Assembly (NCBI GenBank): GCA_015075445.1 | Contig: JABTUJ010000001.1 | Span: 167,059 to 231,058, forward strand | Direction: 5' to 3' | Source: Verrucomicrobiales bacterium | GTDB lineage: Bacteria; Verrucomicrobiota; Verrucomicrobiia; Limisphaerales; J093 | DNA length: 64,000 nt | In this document: in pieces, positions 42,825 through 51,612 of the stretch | How positions within the stretch are numbered: position 1 is the first letter of the stretch | Layout of the letters: the number at the start of each line of letters is the position of its first letter | The notes under the pieces: model-generated | Told to the model about the DNA's origin: nothing | The model's input: the letters and a program-made list of their open reading frames with translations, nothing else | Databases searched by the model: none | Program-made: the position numbers and the translations under genes

Positions 42825-42915
42825 CTTCCCTTAGACTTTGAACTTCCCTTGAGCTTTGAACTTCCCTTGAGCTTTGAACTTCCCTTGAGCTTTGAACTTT
42901 GAACTTGGAGCTTTC
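42825..42915. repeat. 18-nt tandem repeat (CTTCCCTTGAGCTTTGAA) x4 plus partial units
   Basis: Units at 42825-42842 (degenerate), 42843-42860, 42861-42878 and 42879-42896, followed by CTTTGAACTTGGAGCTTTCC. AT-richer than the surroundings. The reverse complement resembles the 20328 repeat. Confidence 0.9.
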
Positions 42916-43179
42916 CTCTTCGTGTCGATGGCGTGCTTCCCGGCGTCGGTCGTGCACCGGGGGTGTTGGGACGGTGCTCCTGAGATTGACAAATGAAACG
43001 GGCCCCCGCCACCTAGACCGGAATCTGACACGACCCATGAGACCCACATTTGACAGCCTTCGAGGGCCTGTGGAAGCACCCGGTGACCGGCCGTTGTCAA
43101 CCGTGCTGCCGTCCGCCGGGCAGGGGCCGCTGGGCAGGCGGCCGCGCTGCGCGGCGGTGAGTACGTCCTCCATTAGCCC

Positions 43180-45296
43180 TTGAGCCTGCCAGCGCTGATG
43201 ATCCTGCTGGGGTCGGGAGCGTGGGCTGCCATCGCCGCGCAGGGGTCCGAGCCGCCGCGGGTGTTGCTCATCCATTCGTTCGGCCGCGAGTTCGCGCCGT
43301 ACGAATCCTTCTCGGGGATCTTCCGGACGGAACTGGTCCGTGAGTCGCCGGTCCCGTTGGATATCTACGAGGTATCCCTCGACTCCGCTCGCTTCCGTGA
43401 GACCGCTCAGGAGGCGCCCTTCCTCGACTACCTGCTGGGCCAGTTTTCGCAGCGCGGCCTGGATCTGGTGGTGCCCATCGGCGGACCGGCCGCGCGCTTC
43501 GCCCAGCGCCATCGGCCGCGGCTGTTTCCGGACGTCCCGCTGCTCCTCGCCGCCACGGACCAGCGCCACCTGGAAGGGGAGGTGCCTGCCACCAACTGCG
43601 CGATGGCGACCGTGATGTATCAGCCGACGCGGATGCTGGACACGATCCTGGAGGTGTTGCCCCTGACGACCAACGTCGCCGTGGTCATCGGTTCCTCGCC
43701 CCTCGAGCAGTTCTGGCTCGCCGAATTGCGGGGCACCTTTGATTCCTACACCGACCGCGTCCGCTTCGAATGGTTGAATGGGTTGTCGTTTGCGCAAGTG
43801 CAACGACACTGCGCCACGCTGCCCCCATGCTCGGCGGTGTTCTTCGCGCTGCTGGCGGTCGACGCCGAGGGGGTGCCGCACATCGAGCAGCAGTCGCTCA
43901 CCCGGCTCCGCGAGGTGGCCAACGCGCCACTGTTTGGCCTGCAAGACACGCAGTTGGGCCGGGGCATCGTCGGCGGCCCGCTCATGAGCATCGAGGAACT
44001 CAGCCGCACGGCCGCTCGTGTGGCGGTTCGCCTTCTGCAGGGTGAGGACCCGGACACGATCCGCCTCCCCCCCCAGGAGCCGGGCCGACCGCAGTTCGAC
44101 TGGCGGGAGCTTCAACGGTGGGGGATTCCCGAGGCCCGGCTGCCGGCCGGCAGCCTCATCCGGTTCCGCCAGCCCACGGCTTGGGAACGCTACCGCTGGC
44201 GGATCATCGCGGTGATGTCGCTTTGCCTGCTCCAGGCGTTCCTCATCGTGCTGCTGGTCGTCCACCGCAGCCGGCGCCGCCGCGCCGAGCAATCGCTGCG
44301 GGAAAGCGAGGAGCGGCTGAGCCTGGCGGCGGCGGCGGGGACCGCATCTGATGGACCTGGACCCATTAACGGGTTTAAATACGGCGAACTGGCGCCGTAT
44401 GTTCGGCTTTCCGGTGCCGGAGCCCTGCCACGCGGCGGTGGTGGGAGCGCATCCACCGCACGATCGCGAGGGGGTCAGCCCGTGGCCTCTGCGACGGGCG
44501 GTGGCTGTGCGGACGGATTACGGAGAACATCGTGTTTCTCCTGACGGCACGTAGGCGCTGATTGCCGCCCGGCTGGCCACCGCTTGGCTGATACCGACAG
44601 GTGCCCGTACGTTGCGCGGCCGGACATCACTGAACGAAGGCGCATTAAGAGGAAGCGCGTGAATGGAGCTGGCGCCTGATAGCGCCCAGGGAGTGGAACG
44701 GCCCGGCTGGCCCGCGAACTGCACGCCGATTGATATCACCCAGCGGCTCGCCCGTCTGGCCATCGACATCGCAAGCTGTGAGCACGGCACGTCCGGGGTG
44801 GTGCTGGAGGAAACGGCGCGGATGGTTCGTGAAGGCCTGGTGCGGCCGAGCCGATGACGTCCACGCGCTTCCTACCGCCTGCATCCTTCCGGTGCTGAAG
44901 ACCATTCTCGGCGGCTGCCCTGAAAGCCGAGACGAACGGTTCGCGCCAGGAGGGACTCCCGTGGGCCCAGGCTGCTGAGGTCCCGGATTACATTGCGCAC
45001 GATGTTGCGTCCTGGCCCTTTCGCGTGGCCCAGGAAGCGCTGGTGCAACGCGACGCCGCTACGCGCGGGCGGCCGGGTCGAGGTGGATGCGACCGCTCGA
45101 CGGGGCCCGCAGTTGGCGGTTCGACAACGGCTGCGGCTTCAATCCCTCCCCTCGAACGCGATCGGCTCCAGCCTGGCTGGCCAGCATGCGCTGAACGCGC
45201 GCGTCGGTCTGCTCGGAGGCGAAGTGGAGATTGACCCGCCCTGGCAGCGGCACTACCGTGCTGGCCTGGGTGCCGCTGGCGCCCAAGACTCGATGA
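43180..45296 (+). pseudogene. sensor histidine kinase (periplasmic substrate-binding-like domain, TM, PAS, HisKA_3, HATPase); frame intact to about 44343, then multiply frameshifted
   Basis: Intact N-part in ORF 43180..44544 (…RWRIIAVMSLCLLQAFLIVLLVVHRSRRRRAEQSLRESEERLSLAAAAG). Later pieces lie in shifting frames: DLDPLTGLNTANWRRMFGFP (PAS), DITQRLARLAIDI (HisKA_3 H-box region), DVHAL.YRLHPS, FRVAQEALVQ..., GSGTTVLAWVPLA (ATPase G2 region). The stop TGA at 45294-45296 overlaps the RR ATG. Confidence 0.65.
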
Positions 45297-46909
45297 ACAC
45301 GCCCCGCCGCCCCCGCCTCCTCCTGGCGGATGACCACCGCTCGTGCTGAGGCCCTCAAGAGCCTGTCTGATCCGAGTCCGATGCCTGGAGGATCGGAGGA
45401 TGGCCGCGCCCTGTCGGCGGGCAAACGCCCGCGACCCGACGGATCGCAGCTGGACATCGCGATGCCCTCAGCTCAACGCATCGACGCGCCGGTCCAGCTC
45501 ATACGATACGCCTGGTGGAAAGTCAGTCTTCTGACCATGCATCCGATAATGCCCACGCGCGGCGCGCCCGAGGCCGGAGCCGCCGTCTGTCCTCGCCACC
45601 GGCTCCGCCGAGCCTGAGTTTGGATATCCTGGGGCATGGTGCGGGTCGAATCCGCTGGAGTTGCGGATCAGCGGCGTGCGCCGACCTACCGTTTGATAGG
45701 TGGGCGAAGTGACCGCCGGAAAACGACCGGTCGACGGCCAGCTGTTTGCAGGGCCCACCCGGTCCAGTGCAGTGAGTGGCCGCTTCGGTCCCGCGGCGCC
45801 ATCTGGCAAGGTGGGCCTATGACCCCGCCAGAGGGTGCCGTAGCACTGGAGGCTGGCCAAGAGCCACCAGCCATACATGGCCACCAGCCGCGCGGGTACT
45901 TTGCCTACGGAGTGCTGATCCCAGACCTGAGCCTGGCCGATGCCGAGGCTGCCGGTACGGGCGTCCGTTCCGGTGGTGGGATATTCTACTGCGCTGCCCA
46001 CCAGCCAGTGACTCCTGCTCTGGAACCGCCCTGCCAATGGATCTTGGTCAGTTCCTTGTAGCGCACCCGGCGAAAGCAGCCCCCGTGAAAGATCTGGATC
46101 TTCCCCGACCGCGCCCTGGAAACCCCGATAATGATACTGGGCCAGCCAGCGTCCCACGCGCCGACAGGTAACCTGAGGGTCTGGACCAACGAGGCCCACG
46201 GGCCGCACGGAAGCCAGATCGCCGTCCATGCGCGTCGGCGTCGCGGACAGCCGTTCCGGCTGGCCAGGGTGGGGCTTGCGCACGCGGCCAACCCGTGCGG
46301 GTCCGTGGCGCGTGCCCAAGCACACCGGCCCGCAGCCCAAGAGCAACGCGGGCGGCCAGCGTCCCTTTGAGTCGGCCGGGCCGCGTTACGTCAGTCCCAG
46401 AGCTCGCACAGATCACGCGGACAGCGACGTGCGATGCCAGTCAGGTGCGCTGCCACCAGCGCGCACCGCCGCCAGATCATCGCCCGAGAGCGTGCGGCCC
46501 TGGACGCGGATCGCTTCCACTGGCCCCGGGATCTACGCCATCATGGGTCGTGAGTTCAGCGGAAAATGTCCAAACTCCAGACTCGGCTTCCGCCGAGCTC
46601 ATCATGGCCATCCGCGCCGCCCTGGCGGGCAAGACCTACATCACCCCGGCGCTCGCCGGCGAGGTCTTCCAGGCTATGCTCCACCCGCCGCCACCCGGCG
46701 GCGACCCGGTCATGCGGCTGACCCCCCGCCAGCGCGAGATCCTCCAGTTGCTGGCCGAAGGCTGCTCCGCCAAGGAAGTCGCTGACAAGCTCGCCATCTC
46801 CCCCCGCACAGTCGAGTTCCACAAGTACCAGTTGATGGAATCGCTCGGCCTCCACCACAGCGCCGAGCTGATCCTCTTCGCCATCAAACACGGGATCGTC
46901 AGTTCCTGA
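45293..46909 (+). pseudogene. NarL/LuxR-family response regulator, frameshifted receiver domain, interrupted by a roughly 985-bp insertion
   Basis: MNTPRRPRLLLADDH (45293...), ...DGRAL...RPDGSQLDIAMP..., KVSLLTMHP and EAGAA in shifting frames. After the insertion there is an intact tail SAELIMAIRAALAGKTYITP...LTPRQREILQLLAEGCSAKEVADKLAISPRTVEFHKYQLMESLG (LuxR HTH) ending at 46909. Confidence 0.7.
45614..46598 (-). mobile_element. insertion carrying a single degraded DUF4338 (DruA-like) gene, flanked by a 14/15-nt direct repeat
   Basis: Minus-strand pieces: PVEAIRVQGRTLSGDDLAAVRA, RDLCELWDWRNAAGRLK and RWLAQYHYRGFQGAVGE (compare the HYLGY motif) match the DUF4338 N-to-C order but in several frames. 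Flanks are CGGCTCCGCCGAGC (45600-45613) and CGGCTTCCGCCGAGC (46584-46598). Confidence 0.55.
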
Positions 46910-46935
46910 TCGACTGGTAATTCCCGGGCCGCGAT

Positions 46936-46962
46936 CCCCGTAGAATTGCGAGGTCACAGCGG
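46936..46962 (+). promoter_or_regulatory. conserved 23-nt motif CGTAGAATTGCGAGGTCACAGCG (site 1), about 130 nt upstream of the decarboxylase start
   Basis: 21/23 identical to 55790-55812. Function unknown. Also resembles the REP type-B core. Confidence 0.3.
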
Positions 46963-47090
46963 ACTGCACCCCGGTGAGATTAGCTGATGTCAGCGAACCT
47001 CGCCGGGCGCGAATCTCCGCCGCAGCGGCAGCGCAGGGCGCAGCCAGGTCACGATCCGAGGCTCGGGACGCAGCGCGACCTAACTTCCCT

Positions 47091-49859
47091 ATGAAGACAA
47101 CCGACAAGTCAAACACCGGCGAACCCCGGACTCAGGATCTGGCCCCCATCTTCGCGGCGGCGGTCAATCGAACCGATCAATGGCGTGAGCTCCACGCCCT
47201 GGGTCGTGCGTGGGCCACGGCGCAGGGTGCTCCGGCAGAGGATCTGCGCGCCCAGGCCGCTGGACTGCTGCACACCATCAGCCGGCTCGAGCAGTGCTGG
47301 GCTTATCCGGGGCCGCGTCTGCTCGCCGCCCTTACCGAGGCGATGGCGCGGCGCGACGCCGCCACCTTCGCCCGCCTGGTGCAGAAGGTGTCCAGTGCGC
47401 TGCTTTCGGGTGACTACCGGCGGAGCGAGGGGGCCTGGGATCCTTCCACGGAGAGCGCCACCCGGCCGCTCGAAGCGGCCCTGCCGCCCGAGGCGGACAC
47501 GGGGGAGACGTCGAAGCCGAGCTTCGAGGTCCTGATCGTCACGCCGACCGACCCCGCCACGTGGGAACGCGGGCGCGCGGACATGAAGCGGATGCGGCGG
47601 CCGGAGGATCAGTTTCAGTACGAAGTCGTGCAGGCCGGGAGCTTCGAGGACGCCGCTCTGGCAGTGTTGGTCAATGACAACCTGCAGGCGGTCGTGATCG
47701 TGGACGGATTCCAGTATGGCTCCCGGCTCGAGATGCCGGATCTGCAAGCGTTCCTCGCCCGTTACCTGTCCATGGACCGTTCGTCGATCGAACCGGGTGC
47801 CCTGGCCACGGCGCTGGCCCAGGCGATCAAGCGATGCCGGCCGGAGCTCGACCTCTACCTGCTCTCGGATCGTACGGCCGAAGCCCTGGCGGGCAGTGAA
47901 GCCCTCGGCGGGGTGCGGCGGATGTTCCACCACGTCGAGGAGCCCATGGAAATCCACCTGTCCATCCTCGACGGCGTCAAGGACCGCTACGATACGCCGT
48001 ACTTTGACAACCTCAAGAAGTACGCGCAGCGCCCCATCGGCACCTTCCACGCCCTGCCCATCGCCCGCGGGAAGTCGGTGTTCCGCTCGAATTGGATTCG
48101 GGACTTCGGCCAGTTCTACGGCACGAACATCTTCTTCGCCGAGTCCTCGGCCACGACGGGCGGCCTGGACAGCCTGCTGGAGCCGACGGGCAACATCAAG
48201 AAGGCCCAGGACATGGCCGCGCGGGCGTTTGGGGCGAAGCGTGCCTACCTCGGCACCAACGGCACCTCGACTTCGAACAAGATCGTCGTCCAAGCCGTGT
48301 GCCAGCCGGGAGACATCGTGATCGTGGACCGCAACTGCCACAAGTCGCACCACTACGGCATGGTGCTCAGCGGCGCGCAGCCCTTGTACGTCGAGGCGTT
48401 CCCCCTGACTGAGTACTCGATGTATGGCGCCGTGCCCTTGCGCACGATCAAGAAGGCGCTGCTGGATTGCCAGGCCGAGGGCAAGCTCGACCGGGTCAAG
48501 GTCATCGACATGACCAACTGCACCTTCGACGGCCACATGTACAACCCCCGTCGGGTGATGGAGGAGTGTCTGGCGATCAAGCCCGACCTGATCTTCCTCT
48601 GGGATGAGGCATGGTTCGGCTTCGCGCGGTTCAATCCGTTTCACCGCCGCCGCACCGGGATGGGGGCCGCCGCCGCCTTGGCGGAGCGCTATCACGATCC
48701 CGCGTACCGGGAAGAGTACAAGGCCTGGGCGGCCAAAGTCGGCAAGCTCGACCCGAAGAACCCGAAACTGCTCGACCTGCACCTGCTGCCCGACCCGGAC
48801 AAGGTCCGGATCCGGGTCTACCAGACCAACTCGACCCACAAGTCCATGTCCGCGTTCCGGCAGGGCTCGATGATCCTGGTCTGGGACGAGGATTTTCACC
48901 AGGTCGAAGGTCCGTTCGAGGAGGCCTTCTTCACCCACACGTCCACGTCACCGAACCTGCAGCTCATCGCCTCACTGGACATCGCGCGCCGGCAGATGGA
49001 GTTGGAGGGCTATGGCCTTACCCTGCGCATGACCGACATCGCCTTCCGCATCCGGCGCGCGGTCAACACGCATCCGCTCGTCTCGAAGTACTTCCGGGTG
49101 GCCACACCGGCGGACATGATCCCCGCCCCGTTCCGCGCCTCCGGTTTGAAGGACTACGGTCCGCCCCACTCGACGTGGACCGACGTGGTCAAGGCCTGGG
49201 ACGAGGATGAGTTCGCGCTGGACCCCACCCGGCTGACCCTGATCTGTGGTGGTGCCGGGTTTGATGGCACCCAGTTCAAGGGTCTCCTGGCCGAGCGGTT
49301 CGACATCCAGATCAACAAGACCTCGCGCAACAGTGTGCTCGTGCAGACCAACATCAACAACACCCACAGCGACGCCGCGCTCCTCATCAAGGCGCTGGTC
49401 GACCTGTCGCGCGAGATTGAGCGCAAGCTGGCCCAGGGCGGGAAGGCGGTCCTCGACGCGCGGGTCAAGTCCCTGATGACCGATGTGCCCGACCTGCCGA
49501 ACTTCAGCCGGTTCCACGACGCCTTCCGCGACAACCCGAAAGCGGCCAGCAACGAAGGGCACATGCGCCCCGCGTTCTTCATGGCCTACGACGAGTCCAA
49601 CTGCGAGTTCCTCAAACTGGCCAGCAAGGAAGTGGATGAGCGGCTCAAGAAAGGGCCGGAGATGGTGTCGGCCAACTTCGTCATCCCCTATCCCCCTGGC
49701 TTCCCCATCATGGTGCCGGGCCAGGTGATCACGGCCGACACCATCAGCTTCATGCGCCAGCTCGATGTGAAGGAGATTCACGGCTACCACGCCGCCCAGG
49801 GGCTGAAGCTGATCAAGCCTGACAAGCTGCGCGGCACCGCCCGGAAATCCGCGAAATAG
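47091..49859 (+). CDS. Orn/Lys/Arg decarboxylase family protein (PLP fold-type I), long form with N-terminal extension
   Basis: ORF 46974..49859 trimmed to ATG 47091. FHALPIARGKSVF..., SATTGGLDSLLEPTG, GTNGTSTSNKIVVQAV, IVDRNCHKSHHY, and TNSTHKSMSAFRQGSMI (PLP-lysine motif S-x-H-K). A wing/receiver-like region FEVLIVTP...VVIVDG is preceded by about 150 extra residues. Confidence 0.85.
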   Translation: MKTTDKSNTGEPRTQDLAPIFAAAVNRTDQWRELHALGRAWATAQGAPAEDLRAQAAGLLHTISRLEQCWAYPGPRLLAALTEAMARRDAATFARLVQKVSSALLSGDYRRSEGAWDPSTESATRPLEAALPPEADTGETSKPSFEVLIVTPTDPATWERGRADMKRMRRPEDQFQYEVVQAGSFEDAALAVLVNDNLQAVVIVDGFQYGSRLEMPDLQAFLARYLSMDRSSIEPGALATALAQAIKRCRPELDLYLLSDRTAEALAGSEALGGVRRMFHHVEEPMEIHLSILDGVKDRYDTPYFDNLKKYAQRPIGTFHALPIARGKSVFRSNWIRDFGQFYGTNIFFAESSATTGGLDSLLEPTGNIKKAQDMAARAFGAKRAYLGTNGTSTSNKIVVQAVCQPGDIVIVDRNCHKSHHYGMVLSGAQPLYVEAFPLTEYSMYGAVPLRTIKKALLDCQAEGKLDRVKVIDMTNCTFDGHMYNPRRVMEECLAIKPDLIFLWDEAWFGFARFNPFHRRRTGMGAAAALAERYHDPAYREEYKAWAAKVGKLDPKNPKLLDLHLLPDPDKVRIRVYQTNSTHKSMSAFRQGSMILVWDEDFHQVEGPFEEAFFTHTSTSPNLQLIASLDIARRQMELEGYGLTLRMTDIAFRIRRAVNTHPLVSKYFRVATPADMIPAPFRASGLKDYGPPHSTWTDVVKAWDEDEFALDPTRLTLICGGAGFDGTQFKGLLAERFDIQINKTSRNSVLVQTNINNTHSDAALLIKALVDLSREIERKLAQGGKAVLDARVKSLMTDVPDLPNFSRFHDAFRDNPKAASNEGHMRPAFFMAYDESNCEFLKLASKEVDERLKKGPEMVSANFVIPYPPGFPIMVPGQVITADTISFMRQLDVKEIHGYHAAQGLKLIKPDKLRGTARKSAK

Positions 49860-49900
49860 GCCGCCCCGCATCTGCGCTCAACCCCAAGAGGCCCCCTGCC

Positions 49901-51601
49901 ATGCAAGCGTTCTTCGAATTCCTCCGCGCCAACCCCTACATCCTCCTGTTCTTCACGATCGGACTGGCGGTGTATGTGGGCAAGTTCAACGTCAAGGGCT
50001 ATGGCCTGGGCATGGTCGCCGCTGCCGTCGTCGTCGGTTGCGCGCTGGCCACGTGGGCCTCGACCTATGGGGTCAAGCTCCAGCTCGATGACTTCGCCAA
50101 GTCACTCTTCTACTACCTGTTCATGTATGGCGTGGGCCTCCGGGTGGGCCCCTCGTTCTTCAACAGCCTCAAGAAGGACGGACTCAAGTTCACGATCCTC
50201 GCCGTGGTGTGCAGCATCATGGGTCTGGTGCTCGTGGTGCTGGGGGCGAGGATGTTCGACCTGCCTCCCGGCGCGGCAGGTGGAATCCTGGCCGGTTCGC
50301 AAACCATGTCCGCCGCCATCGGCACGGCGGAGATGGCAGTCACCCAGGGGGCGTACAAGCTGCCCGATGGCACCTCGGCCGAATCGGTGTCGGCGATGAT
50401 CGCGCTCGGCTACGGGGTCACTTACATCTGGGGCACGGTGGGGATCATACTGATCTGCAAGTACCTTCCGCGCTGGTGGGGCCTGGACGCCAAGCAGGCC
50501 GCCAAGGAGTACGAACAGACCCACGGCGTCGCCAACGTGGATGATTCCGGCCTCACCGGCTATCGCCCCGCGGGATTGCGCGCCTACAAGCTGGAGAACC
50601 CGGCCACCGCCGGTCAGACCATTGCCCAGTTCCGCCAGAAACACCCGCAGTACCGCATCGTCAACGTCGTCCGGAACGGCGAGTCCATCGGCGCCAGCCC
50701 GGACGCGGCCCTGCAGGCCGGCGACGTCATCGCGCTCGGCGGCCGGCTCGAGGACCTCACTTCAAACATGGGGCTGATCGGTCCCGAGGTGGCCGATAGC
50801 AAGGCCCTGAACATCCCCCTGGACCAAGCCGAGGTCTTGGTCACGAACAAGGACCTCGAAGGCAAGGCCCTCAAGGAGTTCCGCCACGAGGATTTCGCCG
50901 GCCAATTGCAGGTGGTCCGCCTCGAACGCGGCGGGGTGCCGATCCCGCTCGGGGCCGACACCCAACTCCAACGCTTCGACGTGCTGTTTGTCGCGGGCCT
51001 CAAGAGCGCCGTCAACAAGCTGGCCGCACTCGTGGGCAAGGTCGCCCGCCCCAGCACGGCTACCGACCTGTTGACCCTCTCCGTGGGCATGGTCGTCGGC
51101 CTGCTCGTCGGGCAGATCAACGTGCCGGTCGGCAGCTTCTCCGTGGGGCTGGGCAACGCTGGCGGGCTGTTGCTTTCGGGGATCTTCGTGTCGTCCATTG
51201 TCTCGCGGCTGCGTTTCTTTGGCAGCACACCCAACGCGGCGCGCAACATCCTCGAGGACCTGGGTCTGGTGACGTTCATCGCCATCGTCGGCATCAACGC
51301 CGGCTCGACCCTGCTGGCGCAACTCACGGGTAAGATCGCCCTGTTCATCTTCCTGGCCGGCTTCATCGCCAGCACCATTCCGCCCATCCTGACCTGGGCC
51401 ATCGGCTATCACTTCATGAAGATCAACCCGGCCGTGCTCATGGGCGGGGTCGCTGGCGCCCGCTCGCATTCGGGCCCGGCGCGGGAGGCTGCCAAGGAGA
51501 TCGACAGCAGCGTGCCGTGGGTTGGTTTCCCCGTGGGCTACGCCGTCTCGGGGGTGTTGCTGACGGTGTTTGGCTACTTCGCGATGGTGTTCTCCAAGTA
51601 G
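49901..51601 (+). CDS. AspT/YidE/YbjL-family transporter (aspartate:alanine-exchanger family) with two central TrkA-C/RCK_C-like domains, paralog 1
   Basis: MQAFFEFLRANPYILLFFTIGLAVYVGKFNVKGYGLG is the typical N-terminus of the family. Duplicated membrane halves flank a cytoplasmic region (…YRIVNVVRNGESI...AGDVIALGG...; ...VVRLERGGVPIP...RFDVLFVAG). Confidence 0.8.
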   Translation: MQAFFEFLRANPYILLFFTIGLAVYVGKFNVKGYGLGMVAAAVVVGCALATWASTYGVKLQLDDFAKSLFYYLFMYGVGLRVGPSFFNSLKKDGLKFTILAVVCSIMGLVLVVLGARMFDLPPGAAGGILAGSQTMSAAIGTAEMAVTQGAYKLPDGTSAESVSAMIALGYGVTYIWGTVGIILICKYLPRWWGLDAKQAAKEYEQTHGVANVDDSGLTGYRPAGLRAYKLENPATAGQTIAQFRQKHPQYRIVNVVRNGESIGASPDAALQAGDVIALGGRLEDLTSNMGLIGPEVADSKALNIPLDQAEVLVTNKDLEGKALKEFRHEDFAGQLQVVRLERGGVPIPLGADTQLQRFDVLFVAGLKSAVNKLAALVGKVARPSTATDLLTLSVGMVVGLLVGQINVPVGSFSVGLGNAGGLLLSGIFVSSIVSRLRFFGSTPNAARNILEDLGLVTFIAIVGINAGSTLLAQLTGKIALFIFLAGFIASTIPPILTWAIGYHFMKINPAVLMGGVAGARSHSGPAREAAKEIDSSVPWVGFPVGYAVSGVLLTVFGYFAMVFSK

Positions 51602-51612
51602 GCGGGGCGGCC

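Noticed and set aside
43007-43040. Sigma-70-like promoter for the histidine kinase (TTGACA at 43007-43012).
   Set aside because: No acceptable -10 hexamer lies at 16-18 nt spacing (the sequence there is CCACCT/CTAGAC). An isolated TTGACA is insufficient evidence.
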